A stretch of 64,000 nucleotides of DNA, taken from Candidatus Omnitrophota bacterium (GTDB taxonomy: Bacteria > Omnitrophota > Omnitrophia > Omnitrophales > Aquincolibacteriaceae). The stretch is from contig DAOSLF010000003.1 in NCBI GenBank assembly GCA_035368605.1, positions 889 to 64,888 of the forward strand, read 5' to 3'. Under the pieces are notes generated by a model, which saw only the letters and a program-made list of their open reading frames with translations, was not told the origin of the DNA and did no database searches. The translations under genes and the position numbers were made by a program. Positions 18,382 to 28,059 of the stretch are shown here, in pieces (position 1 is the stretch's first letter; each line of letters opens with the position of its first letter).

Positions 18382-21183
18382 TTAAACATTTATACCCTGC
18401 CCTGTGTTGTATTTCTTGAGGCACCGCCCCGTATAAGACCGCTCGCACGCGAGAAGACCCGGGACATCCCCTGCGTAGAGGACCTCGCCACCCCTGTCGC
18501 CCCCCTCGGGTCCGAGATCGATCACATGGTCCGCGAGACTGATCAGTCCCATATGGTGTTCGATCACAAAGAGCGAATGCCCGCGCGCGAGGAGCTCGTC
18601 AAAAGCCTTCAGCAAATGATGGATATCCCGCTCATGAAGACCGGTGGTCGGTTCGTCGAGGAGATAGAGGGATGGTTCCGGTCCCAATTCGGTAAGCTCC
18701 GACGCGAGCTTCAGGCGTTGCGCCTCCCCTCCCGACAACGTGAGCGTCGGCTGTCCGAGCCGGAGATAGCCGAGGCCGATCCTGCGGAGGATATCCAGTT
18801 TCTCGATGAGGCCCTTGCGATCCGCGAAGAAGACGGCCGCTTCATCCACGGTCATATTGAGGACCTGATCGATGTTCTTTCCCTGATATTCGATCTCGAG
18901 GATCTCGCCCTTGAAACGTTTCCCGCGGCAGGCTTCACAGGGGACAAAGACATCCGCGAGAAAATGCATCTCCACCTTCACGGCACCATCCCCCTTGCAG
19001 GCCGGACAGCGGCCTTTCTCGGAATTGAAGGAAAAGTGACCGGCATCGAATCCCGCGCGCCGGGCCGCCTGGGTCGCGGCAAAGAGTTTGCGGATCTCTT
19101 CGAACGCCTTCGTATAGGTCGCTGGATTGGACCGGGGAGAGCGGCCGATCGGTGACTGGTCGATCACGATCATCTTCGCGATGTGCTCGAATCCCGTGAC
19201 ACGGCCCGCTTCGCCAAGTTCTTCGCGGGAAACAGGTTCGCCGCGGGATTTCAGATAATGATGATAGAGAACATCATAGAGCAGCGTGCTTTTCCCGGAA
19301 CCTGAAACGCCGGTCAGGACCGTCAGCCGTCCGAGCGGGACCGTCACACTGATATTTTTCAGGTTATGCGCCCGCGCGTTTATGATCGTGATCGCCGCTG
19401 TTTTATTCCGGGCCGCGCGGCCGGATTCCGGAACGCGGAACGCCCGTGTCAGTTTTTCCCGTCCCGAAAGATAGCGGGCCGTGTGGGAGTCCTTCACGCC
19501 AGGGAGTCCCCGGACAGGTCCCTGATAAATGAGCCGTCCTCCTCCGGCGCCGCCGTCCGGACCGAGGTCGATCACTTCGTCGGCGGCTTCAATCATCGTC
19601 CGGTCGTGTTCGACCACAACAACCGTATTCCCGAGGTCGCGCAGTTTTTTGAGGAGATTGATCAGCATTTCGTTGTCGCGCTCGTGCAACCCGACGCTCG
19701 GCTCGTCCAGCACATACAGCGTGTCGACAAGCGCCGAACCGAGCGAGCTCGCGAGATGGATCCGCTCCACTTCCCCGCCCGAAAGGGTGCGGGACATCCG
19801 GTCAAGCGTGAGGTAGCCGAGGCCGACCTCTTTCAGAAAGCCGACACGCGCAAGAAGTTCCTCGTGCACGGGGCCGGTCTTCTCCCTTTCCGCAGGCCGG
19901 AATTCGATTCCGCGAAGGAATTCGAGCAGCCGGTCGACCGGCATCGCCTGGATTTCGGCGATCGTCTTGCCGCCGACCCGGTAATTCATCGCCTCCGGTT
20001 TCAGACGGGCGGTCCCGCAGGCCGAACACGGAATGTAGCCGCGGTAGCGGTTCAGGAAAATCCGAACGTGCATCTTGTAGATCTTCTTCGCGAGGTAATC
20101 GAAGAAATCCCGCACGCTGAAGTATTCGTCTCCTTCGCGTCCGTTAAAAATCCATTCCTGGTGCTCTTTTTTGAGTTTCGCCCAGGGCTTTTTGACAGGA
20201 ATGCGTTTCCTCGAACAGAAATCGAGCAGTTGCCCCTGCTCCCAGCGGGTGCTCGCCTTCGTCCACGGCTCGATCGCGCCGCCGCTGATCGAACGCGAAG
20301 GATCGGGAATGACGAGGTCCCGGTCGATCGTGATGACGCGTCCGAACCCCTGGCAGACGGGGCAGGCGCCGAGCGGGCTGTTGAACGAGAAAAGGTTGGA
20401 CGTGGGTTCGGGGAACGTCCGGTCGCAGGAAATACAGCGGAGCTTCTCGGAAAAGGTCAATCGCTCGCCATCGGTCCATGCCTGGACCTCGCCCTGCCCG
20501 TAACGGAACCCGGTCTCGAGCGAATCGATCAGACGTTCCCGTTCATTCGCGGCGGGGATCAGTTCGTCAATCCCCACGAAAAGTTCCTCAGGCGCCGGCT
20601 TGGCCGCGACGACCGCACTTCCCTCGCGCCATTCGCCTTTATGAAAGAACGGGCCAAACCCTTGCCGCTCGAGTTCGGCGATATTCTCCTTCAGGTATTT
20701 TTTCCCGGATCTCCCGACCGCGATCCGGATCACGATCCGGAACTTTCGGCCCGAAGCGTCCGCGATCAGCCGGTCCGCCGTGCCCGCCGGGTCGTGGCTC
20801 TCAACCTCTTTCCCGCAATCCGGACAAGTCAGGCGCCCCGCCCGGGCGAAAAGGACCCGGAGATAGTCGTTGATCTCGGTCTGGGTGCCAACCGTCGAGC
20901 GGGCATTTGTGACGATATTCTTGGCCTGGATCGCGATCGCGGGAGGGATTCCGGTGGCGCTTTCGAGATCCGGCTTCGGCATCCGCTCGAGGAATTGGCG
21001 GGCATACGCGGAAACGGACTCGAGATAGCGGCGCTGTCCCTCCGCATACAGGGTGTCAAAGGCAAGGGATGATTTTCCCGATCCGGAGACACCCGTTACG
21101 ACATAGAACTTCCGGTGCGGAAGCCTGAGGTGGAGGTTCTTGAGATTGTGGGTCCTGACCCCGCGGAGCTCGATGGAATCCAA
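18382..21183 (-). CDS. uvrA: Excinuclease ABC subunit A
   Basis: Two ABC ATPase modules (GVSGSGKSSLAFDT.. and GVSGSGKSTL..), zinc-finger CPxC motifs, and LSGGEAQRLKLA signatures. The ORF-track start at 21354 would overlap the upstream lipoprotein gene by 155 nt and add an S/G/T-rich tail, so the probable real start is a TTG at about 21183 (LDSIELRGVRTHNLKN). Confidence 0.88.
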   Translation of the reverse strand: MDSIELRGVRTHNLKNLHLRLPHRKFYVVTGVSGSGKSSLAFDTLYAEGQRRYLESVSAYARQFLERMPKPDLESATGIPPAIAIQAKNIVTNARSTVGTQTEINDYLRVLFARAGRLTCPDCGKEVESHDPAGTADRLIADASGRKFRIVIRIAVGRSGKKYLKENIAELERQGFGPFFHKGEWREGSAVVAAKPAPEELFVGIDELIPAANERERLIDSLETGFRYGQGEVQAWTDGERLTFSEKLRCISCDRTFPEPTSNLFSFNSPLGACPVCQGFGRVITIDRDLVIPDPSRSISGGAIEPWTKASTRWEQGQLLDFCSRKRIPVKKPWAKLKKEHQEWIFNGREGDEYFSVRDFFDYLAKKIYKMHVRIFLNRYRGYIPCSACGTARLKPEAMNYRVGGKTIAEIQAMPVDRLLEFLRGIEFRPAEREKTGPVHEELLARVGFLKEVGLGYLTLDRMSRTLSGGEVERIHLASSLGSALVDTLYVLDEPSVGLHERDNEMLINLLKKLRDLGNTVVVVEHDRTMIEAADEVIDLGPDGGAGGGRLIYQGPVRGLPGVKDSHTARYLSGREKLTRAFRVPESGRAARNKTAAITIINARAHNLKNISVTVPLGRLTVLTGVSGSGKSTLLYDVLYHHYLKSRGEPVSREELGEAGRVTGFEHIAKMIVIDQSPIGRSPRSNPATYTKAFEEIRKLFAATQAARRAGFDAGHFSFNSEKGRCPACKGDGAVKVEMHFLADVFVPCEACRGKRFKGEILEIEYQGKNIDQVLNMTVDEAAVFFADRKGLIEKLDILRRIGLGYLRLGQPTLTLSGGEAQRLKLASELTELGPEPSLYLLDEPTTGLHERDIHHLLKAFDELLARGHSLFVIEHHMGLISLADHVIDLGPEGGDRGGEVLYAGDVPGLLACERSYTGRCLKKYNTGQGINV

Positions 21184-21199
21184 GGAAATCCCGGACGAA

Positions 21200-21589
21200 C
21201 TACCTGGCGTCGCTCGGGAGCCTGTCGCCGATCCAGTCGATGATCTCGCCGCTGCTGAGCCGCTGCCGGGAGTCGGGCGCGAGAGACACCGAGGTCTGTT
21301 CCCGGTCGACCCGTTTGACGAGGATCGAGATAACGCGTTTGTCAGCGTCGTCAAAGCGGGTGTACTCGGTGTTGCGGACCGTGATGAGGCCTTTTTCCTT
21401 GTCGGTGGACTCGAGTTCCCATCCGGGCTTCGCGTTCAGAGCCATCAGGGTGTTCATGTAGGTCAGGTCATAAGGCTTGTTATAAAGAAGGACCTCGTCG
21501 TGGACCGGGAGGACCTTGTGGACCGACGAACAGCCGGGAAGATAGAGGCACGCGAGAACGGCAACACACATCAGGATTTTTTTCATCAT
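21200..21589 (-). CDS. Small lipoprotein (129 aa)
   Basis: Internal start ATGATG with AAGGAG 7 nt upstream. Signal peptide MMKKILMCVAVLACLYLPGC|SS with lipobox. Confidence 0.55.
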   Translation of the reverse strand: MMKKILMCVAVLACLYLPGCSSVHKVLPVHDEVLLYNKPYDLTYMNTLMALNAKPGWELESTDKEKGLITVRNTEYTRFDDADKRVISILVKRVDREQTSVSLAPDSRQRLSSGEIIDWIGDRLPSDAR

Positions 21590-21655
21590 GGATATCTCCT
21601 TAACCCCGCAGGGTCTCGATTTGAAGCCGGCTTTTTTGTCCGTCACCGGACAGGG

Positions 21656-24600
21656 CTAGAACTTCCCCGTCATCCGCACGAACGGACCGCTGTTATGATA
21701 ATTGTTCGCGTCCCGGAGGTCATCCGTAAAATCGGTAAAATTATAACCGATCCCGATCCGCACGTAATCATAGATTTCACGATCAACCTCGAAAAGCATC
21801 CCGTGCCGTATCGTATCGAGCGCGGAGGATTGCCACAAGAGCCGATATTCGGCCGCGATATCCCATTTCCGGGTCACATGGAAATTAATGCGGCTGACAG
21901 ACAAGAAATTACCGGTATCCGTCTCATCAAGCGTGTTACGGGCCAAAGTGAACAAGTCGCGATCCTGGGTGATCAGCGTTGCCCGTTTCCACGCCAGTTT
22001 CTGTGCGAGACCGAAGAACCGATTCACGTCATAGATCGCGTCCATTGAGATAACATGCGCGATCTCATGGAACATGTTTTCGTTGTAATAAGAATTCACG
22101 TACTGAAAATCATTTCCGATGTCTCTCAAATAGCTATACTTAAAGAGAAAATTCAGGTGGTCAAGACCAATAGGGCGATAGGCAAAAGCCACGGTAAAAT
22201 CCGCAAAATTCCCAAGATTTGTTTGCTTGCTTTCATCCACGAGATCGAAAAGATAGGTGGCGCCATAATCAAATTTGGTCAGAAAAGTCAGCTCGCGATG
22301 AATTTGATATTGAAATGAATTGCGCAAGACCAGCTGATTACCCTTGGGATACGCACCATTGCTTCTCAGTTCCGCATAAGTCCGCGCACGGAGTTTTCTG
22401 CCGTCCGCGTAGGCCAGATAGCCTCCATAAACGTTGGAGCTGTTATTCTGCGCCAGGCTATTTTCAACCAATGTCAGCAGATTCCGGGCCATCGAACTGT
22501 CCAAGTGCCGCCGCTCATACTTCGCGCCGTAATCCCAGTGGTCGTTCAGCGCGCCCTCATAGCCGAGAATATCCGCAAAACCATCCACGCCCTGGTAGGA
22601 GGAGTACTCGCGTTCCGAATAAATTCGCGATTTCTCGGTAAGCGAAAAAGAGCTCCCGATCGCGGTTGAGAGTGTCCTCGAACCAATGCCGCGGTCGATC
22701 GAGCGGAGGTTCGCATAGCTTCGCGCGCCGTTGCCGTGGTTCCTTTCGAAGCCGAAGTAGGTCGAATCCCCCAGCGGACCGAACATCTGCTCGATATAAC
22801 CGAAGACATCCTTGATCAGCTCGCAACGCACACCGCCGCCAAACTGGTAATTGTCCGCCGAGTGAAGAGTCGTTTGCGCTTTCACATACGGCAAGAGGCG
22901 GTCATTGATATGGTAGCCGATCTTGGTCGCGATGCCGTGCTCATAGGGGATTTCGGAATAAAGCGAGGGCGTCAGGTTGGCAGCGTCCTGGACTTGGTCG
23001 ATGTTGCTGCGCTGGTATTCGGCCTGGGCAAGGTATTTGCCGTTATCGTAGGCAAGCTGGGCCGTGTGGGTCTGCAGGTCTTCGTAAGGGGCCATGATAT
23101 TATGCTCGGCAAGAGGCATCAACTGGCCGATCACCTCGCTTGAATCGAAACGGTAGCGGGCCGAGAAATTATCGGTGAACTTGTAACGGCTCGCGAGACC
23201 GTATTTCTTGAAACCTTCCTGGCTCGTCATGTGGCCGTTCGAAAAACTCGGCTCCACGCCCTGGACGTAACCGCTCACTTCGAGGTTCCTCACGGGTTCC
23301 GACTGCGCGCGGATCAGGTAGGCGTCCTCGCGCGGCCGCGTGTTGTCCCCGCGCAGGTTCCCTTCCGTCCCGAAGCTGAGCCCTCCGTCGAAAGAGACCG
23401 AGGAATCCATCTGCTTGTTCGCGGTGGTCGCGTACTCCGCGGTGATCTTGGTGTTGCGGCCGAACTTCATCATCAGGTCAACGCCGCGCATGTCGTAATC
23501 GTTGCCGCCGGTCCGTTTTTCCTCGACCGCCGTTGCACCGAGCCTCACGTGATCGCCGGCCCACACGTAACCGCGCAGACCGCGGTTGCCGATCTCCGGA
23601 AGGTCCGACGAGGAAGGTTCATACTCGTAGTCCACGATCAGGTAAACGGGATTGCCGTCCATGATATCGGCCGAAACGAGCGAATCCGTCGCGGCGACGG
23701 ACGAGAGCGGGCGGGAAAGAAGGATGCGGCCTTCGGCGTAGCTGATCTCGTAATCCGTCCCTTCCGTCATGTCGTGGCTCGTCAGCACCATCCCCGTAAT
23801 CTTGTCGCGGATCTCGACGCGAATCTTTTCGCTACCTTCGATCAGGTTCCGGTTGCGCGTGTAGAAAAGGGAGCCGCCCGTCGCGTAGAACTCGTTATGG
23901 TCGGCCCGTTTGTCCGAATCAGCCCAGAAAAACCGGAGACCGCGCTTCGGGTCCCCGTAGACCGTGCTCGCGACCGAATCGAAACTCCCCTTGAGGCCGG
24001 AGAGCGTCCGGTTATAGGTGGCCAGTTCGGTATCCGTGAATTCCGTCTTGAAGCTCCCCCATTTCAGATAAGACTTGTCCATCTCGACCAGCACATAGAG
24101 CCGCTGGGCCGTGTCCTGCGCCTCGTAGTCGCGTGCCGAGTAGTCGCCGTAGACCGGATAGTATTCGTCAGGGTCGAGGTTCGTGAACAGCGCGGAACGG
24201 CGATCCGAGGTGTCGTAGTGAGCCTTGACGAGGAACTTCCCCTTGAGTTTCGATTTCAGGAAAAAGGCCGCGCGGCCGTCCTCGGTGAACCCGTCGCGGT
24301 AGGCGTCGGAATCCGCGGCTTCCATCGCCCCGTTCGCGAAATTGATGCCGAGCTGCTCCTCGCCAAGGGCGACCATGAAGAACGTGCTGTCCTTGACCTT
24401 GATCTTTTCCTGGTAGGTCGTGCTTTCCCCTTTCGGATCCGCGGCCATGATGTTGAACTCGTGCTCGCCGGGCTCGACGAAGAACTCCTTCTGGAACATG
24501 CCGGTCTCGGGGTCCACTGTCACGGGGAGGTCGTTGATCATGACCTGGTACTCGGGTCTTGTCTTGCCCTGGACCCGGACCGTCGGTTTCGCGATGAGGG

Positions 24601-26419
24601 GGATGCTGCGCTTGCCGTCCTTAAAGAGGTTGAAATCCCCGACCGCCGGAAGCTCGGGCTGGTAGTTCTTCTGGGCCCTGGGATCGAGCTTGTTGTAGAC
24701 CTCGAAGAACTTGAGGGTTGTCCAATCCTCGTGGTGCTTCGCATCGCGAACCTTGAGCTGGTACGAATAGACGCCGGGCTTGATCATGAAACCATTCTCG
24801 GCCTTCCCGTCCCACGTCACCTCCGCGGGCGGCGCACCGATGCCGTAACCGGTCCAGACGGGCACGCCCATTTCGTCGCGGACCTCGATGGCCCATTTCT
24901 TGACGAACCTGGCGTAATTGGTGTCGAGCCTGAAGAGCGCGTCCTTTTCGAGGACCCCGACGCCGAGCTTCAGGAGCTCCGGTTCCATCATAATGTCAAG
25001 GTCCGGCCGGGAGATATCAACCCCCTGCGTGACCATGACCATCAGGTCCTTGCGGAACGCCTCGGGAATGCCGGAGGGCGGGAGCAGGACGGCAAAACTC
25101 GCCTTGCCCATGAGACCGGGCGTGATCTTCACGAGATAGGTCTCTTCGGTGATGAATTTCGTTCCTTCGGGAAGCGTATGCCCGTCGATCTTGACGAGAT
25201 GGCGGCCCGGCGCGACGCCGGGGATGTGATAGCGGCCGTACTCATCGGTGACAACCTTGATGCCCTCTTCCGTATAAAGCGTCACCCACGGCACGCCCTC
25301 TTCACCGCATTGCTGGACGCCGTCCTGGTTAAGATCGTTAAAGACCTTGCCGATGATGGTCCCCTCCTCAAAGATCGGATCGCCCACGACCGTGAACTGC
25401 ACGTGCGCCGTTTCGGAAAGCGTGCCGCCGCTCCCCTCCACCGTAACCTCCAGCGAATATGTCTTCCCGAGCTGGACACCGCTCGTCACGAGCGTGGCAA
25501 ACGTCACGTCATACGAGGCGCCGGGTCCGATCGTCCCGAGCGGGATGAGCAGCGAGCCGTCCTGCCCGGCGACCGACTTCCCGTTCACGCGGATCGAATG
25601 CTCGGCGTAGTCGAACCCGTTCGGAATCTTGACCCGCATGTTCGAGTTCGTGAAGGTGTTGCCGGAACTATTCCGGAAATGCGCATTAATCCCGATCGCG
25701 TCTCCTTTCTTGATGTGACGCTTGGACGCCGCAACCGTAAGCTTTGCCGGATTCACTTCCGCGTTCAGATCGTCATACAGAATATTTCCATATCGGGGAA
25801 CTGCACCGGCGCTGACACCGTTGGCATCCAAAACAAAAACAACTTTGGCCGCATTTTCAGGAACGATCGCAGTTATCGAAAAGAGCGTCCAGACGCCCAC
25901 CGGAGCGGTGGCAGCAGTGATTTTTCCCGTTTCAACGGGAGTTCCGATTTTCACCCCGGAGGCGTCCTCGAACTCGATCTTCATTCTCCCCCCCGTGTCC
26001 GCTGCCATGATGTCCGATTGGGCATAGCCCGAGAAAGTAATGTAATCTCCCGGCTTCACGTTGCTGTAGGTCTGGAACGTGAAGGTGCTTTCATAAAAAG
26101 CCGGCGCGTCAAAATAGGCCTGCAAATAAAGCGCGTAGGAGCCGTTCCTCGGGGCGAGAAAACCGGGCGGCAACCCGGCGGGATTAACCACTCCATCCCA
26201 GCGCCCCATTTTGGCGGTCGTGTTCAAAGGCCTGGTGTTATCTGCCCAGTTATTCTGCGTCCCGTCCCCAAGCGGCTGTTCAAAACTCGGGTTGCCGAGC
26301 ACGTTGGCGAAGGCGGAAGGCGTAAAAGCGAAAAACAGCCACAAACCACAAAACCATACGGCAATACGAAGCCGGGGCGCTTTCTTGGCGGGCATGTGGT
26401 GTGTGGCGCGTGACATCAT
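21656..26419 (-). CDS. Giant outer-membrane protein (1587 aa): signal peptide, CBM-like N-module, Ig/CnaB-like repeats, roughly 700-aa C-terminal beta-barrel
   Basis: Signal peptide ..RLRIAVWFCGLWLFFAFTPSAFA. The module after it begins NVLGNPSFEQPLGDG..NW (CBM4/9-like). A SdrD-B/CnaB-like segment is GKVFNDLNQDGVQQCGEEGVPWVTLYTEEGIKVVTDEYGRYHI. The C-terminal ~700 aa alternate hydrophobic/aromatic residues with frequent Y/F/W and G, ending ..GPFVRMTGKF (C-terminal Phe, an OMP signature). The start ATGATG directly abuts the TAA of the upstream OMP gene (TAAATGATG). Confidence 0.7.
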   Translation of the reverse strand: MMSRATHHMPAKKAPRLRIAVWFCGLWLFFAFTPSAFANVLGNPSFEQPLGDGTQNNWADNTRPLNTTAKMGRWDGVVNPAGLPPGFLAPRNGSYALYLQAYFDAPAFYESTFTFQTYSNVKPGDYITFSGYAQSDIMAADTGGRMKIEFEDASGVKIGTPVETGKITAATAPVGVWTLFSITAIVPENAAKVVFVLDANGVSAGAVPRYGNILYDDLNAEVNPAKLTVAASKRHIKKGDAIGINAHFRNSSGNTFTNSNMRVKIPNGFDYAEHSIRVNGKSVAGQDGSLLIPLGTIGPGASYDVTFATLVTSGVQLGKTYSLEVTVEGSGGTLSETAHVQFTVVGDPIFEEGTIIGKVFNDLNQDGVQQCGEEGVPWVTLYTEEGIKVVTDEYGRYHIPGVAPGRHLVKIDGHTLPEGTKFITEETYLVKITPGLMGKASFAVLLPPSGIPEAFRKDLMVMVTQGVDISRPDLDIMMEPELLKLGVGVLEKDALFRLDTNYARFVKKWAIEVRDEMGVPVWTGYGIGAPPAEVTWDGKAENGFMIKPGVYSYQLKVRDAKHHEDWTTLKFFEVYNKLDPRAQKNYQPELPAVGDFNLFKDGKRSIPLIAKPTVRVQGKTRPEYQVMINDLPVTVDPETGMFQKEFFVEPGEHEFNIMAADPKGESTTYQEKIKVKDSTFFMVALGEEQLGINFANGAMEAADSDAYRDGFTEDGRAAFFLKSKLKGKFLVKAHYDTSDRRSALFTNLDPDEYYPVYGDYSARDYEAQDTAQRLYVLVEMDKSYLKWGSFKTEFTDTELATYNRTLSGLKGSFDSVASTVYGDPKRGLRFFWADSDKRADHNEFYATGGSLFYTRNRNLIEGSEKIRVEIRDKITGMVLTSHDMTEGTDYEISYAEGRILLSRPLSSVAATDSLVSADIMDGNPVYLIVDYEYEPSSSDLPEIGNRGLRGYVWAGDHVRLGATAVEEKRTGGNDYDMRGVDLMMKFGRNTKITAEYATTANKQMDSSVSFDGGLSFGTEGNLRGDNTRPREDAYLIRAQSEPVRNLEVSGYVQGVEPSFSNGHMTSQEGFKKYGLASRYKFTDNFSARYRFDSSEVIGQLMPLAEHNIMAPYEDLQTHTAQLAYDNGKYLAQAEYQRSNIDQVQDAANLTPSLYSEIPYEHGIATKIGYHINDRLLPYVKAQTTLHSADNYQFGGGVRCELIKDVFGYIEQMFGPLGDSTYFGFERNHGNGARSYANLRSIDRGIGSRTLSTAIGSSFSLTEKSRIYSEREYSSYQGVDGFADILGYEGALNDHWDYGAKYERRHLDSSMARNLLTLVENSLAQNNSSNVYGGYLAYADGRKLRARTYAELRSNGAYPKGNQLVLRNSFQYQIHRELTFLTKFDYGATYLFDLVDESKQTNLGNFADFTVAFAYRPIGLDHLNFLFKYSYLRDIGNDFQYVNSYYNENMFHEIAHVISMDAIYDVNRFFGLAQKLAWKRATLITQDRDLFTLARNTLDETDTGNFLSVSRINFHVTRKWDIAAEYRLLWQSSALDTIRHGMLFEVDREIYDYVRIGIGYNFTDFTDDLRDANNYHNSGPFVRMTGKF

Positions 26420-27994
26420 TTAAAACCGCCTGTGCGAGAACTTCATTCCAAAACGGAGGTCGTAACGGATGGCATCGGGAGCTTCCCCGTCCTGCTTGGA
26501 GTGCTGAACTTTACCGATCGCAAGCCATTCCCCGAAGATCGCTATTTTGGAAAGCCACTCGTCTTCTTTCCAGCGATAGGACCTGAACGGCATCCAGCGG
26601 ATTCCGGGAGCAAGGTAATACTGGTTTTGATAATGATAAGAGTATTCGTCATTGCTTGTATGCTCAAAACGGAGGTAAGGCATCAGGACCAATTCATCGT
26701 TGATCGGGTTATGCGGGAGCGGGATAGCGGGCAGCTTGATCCCCATGATCACGGAGGAGTTCAGAATCCAGGCGTTGAAATGACGCATCTCGCTAAAATC
26801 GGTTTTATGCCACCGGTAGTCGCCGAAATATTCGCCCCACACATATTGACGGAGATAATCGGCAAAACGTTCGGGCTTTCCTTCGTCCAGAGGCGGCAAC
26901 TCCGTGCCCCATTCATAGAAAATCTGAACCCCGGCAACCAGATCGTAGTCTTTCGCGTTCTGGATCTCGTCCTTGATGTTGTAACGGTTGCCGTATTTGA
27001 TATAGAACTTGTAATTCCGGACCCATTCAAGGAGCGGGATGTCCCAGCCGAACGGGCGGAAGTTGTAAAGCCAGGGATTGCGCGCGAAGGGACGCCATTC
27101 GAATCCGGCGAAGATATCGAAGTGGCTCTTGTAATCCGCCCCGACCGCTTCGATCGTTGTCGTCTCCTCGAAGAAGGGATCGATGGTGCTGAGCGGGGCG
27201 CGGATGCCTTTAAGGACGATGCGGTTCGTCCAGTAGCCGACCTGGCTGTTGAAGTTCCTGTTCTCGAGGTTGGTCATGCGGTAGGTTGTTTCGCCGAAGG
27301 ACTGCCACAGCACCGGTTCGCCGGCCGGCTCGCCCTGGAAGGGGCCCCACATCTTTTCCCCGAGATCGAGCTGGTCCGCGAATTTAAGAACGAGCTCTTC
27401 TTCCTTCTGGTACTGGGCCTTCGTCTTCACGGGCTCCGGTTTTTCAGGCGCGACAAACACCGGCACGGCCTGGACGCTCTTTGCGAAATTCCCGCCCTGG
27501 GATTCGATCCTCGATTTGACGCGGGTCACTTCCGCGGTCGCCTGGGCGGCCGTCGGGAAGGCCTTGTCCCCGACCCAGAAAAGATCGGACGTTCCCCCGC
27601 CCGCGAGCGGGAGGGGAAGTTTGCGGATCTCTACGCCTTCGAAATTCGCGACCTGCAGGTTCTTCTTGATGTATTCGTCGATCGCCTTGATGTCTTTCAG
27701 GCCGGGAAGGAAACGCGATCGGAGCGCGCCGCCCCCGAAATCTGTCACGATGGAATATTCGGCGTTCTGCGGCCGCGAGCGGGTCTTGATCACGGGAAAG
27801 CCGCGGACCCCGGAGACCTTCAGGTCGAGTTTCTGGCCGGACGGGGCGTAGAAATGCTCGGCGTAGAGATTTCTCCCGGGAGTTTCGGCCGGAGCGGCTT
27901 CAGGCTCGGTCGTCAGGATGCCCGCAAACGCAGGGGAGGAACAGAAAAGAACCGCGCTTGCCAAAACAGGGGGTATGAAATTTTTAAGTATCAT
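26420..27994 (-). CDS. Outer-membrane protein of unknown function (524 aa), cotranscribed with the giant outer-membrane protein
   Basis: Signal peptide MILKNFIPPVLASAVLFCSSPAFA. The body is aromatic-rich and beta-strand-like and ends ..RFGMKFSHRRF (C-terminal Phe). An AT-rich promoter-like region lies at 27995..28059. Confidence 0.55.
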   Translation of the reverse strand: MILKNFIPPVLASAVLFCSSPAFAGILTTEPEAAPAETPGRNLYAEHFYAPSGQKLDLKVSGVRGFPVIKTRSRPQNAEYSIVTDFGGGALRSRFLPGLKDIKAIDEYIKKNLQVANFEGVEIRKLPLPLAGGGTSDLFWVGDKAFPTAAQATAEVTRVKSRIESQGGNFAKSVQAVPVFVAPEKPEPVKTKAQYQKEEELVLKFADQLDLGEKMWGPFQGEPAGEPVLWQSFGETTYRMTNLENRNFNSQVGYWTNRIVLKGIRAPLSTIDPFFEETTTIEAVGADYKSHFDIFAGFEWRPFARNPWLYNFRPFGWDIPLLEWVRNYKFYIKYGNRYNIKDEIQNAKDYDLVAGVQIFYEWGTELPPLDEGKPERFADYLRQYVWGEYFGDYRWHKTDFSEMRHFNAWILNSSVIMGIKLPAIPLPHNPINDELVLMPYLRFEHTSNDEYSYHYQNQYYLAPGIRWMPFRSYRWKEDEWLSKIAIFGEWLAIGKVQHSKQDGEAPDAIRYDLRFGMKFSHRRF

Positions 27995-28059
27995 TAAAAA
28001 TTTTTAGTTTTTGGCTTTCGGCTTTTGCAAAACTTTAATGAACAAGGTCCCGCCAAAAC

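Noticed and set aside
19366-21072. A 568-aa plus-strand ORF
   Set aside because: It is antisense to uvrA, whose minus-strand translation has unmistakable paired ABC ATPase and zinc-finger motifs. The plus-strand product is Arg/Pro-rich low complexity.
21184-21354. A 57-aa Ser/Gly/Thr-rich N-terminal extension of UvrA in the ORF track
   Set aside because: It would overlap the upstream lipoprotein gene by 155 nt. UvrA homologs begin at ..I.LRGVRTHNLKN, and an in-frame TTG exists there. The ORF track translates TTG and GTG as Met and extends to the most upstream candidate.
23231-26413. A 1060-aa plus-strand ORF, the longest plus-strand ORF in the track
   Set aside because: It is antisense to the 1587-aa outer-membrane protein gene. 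Its translation is Arg/Gly/Val/Leu-rich low complexity, typical of the antisense frame of a high-GC gene. The minus-strand product has a signal peptide, recognisable domains and a C-terminal Phe.
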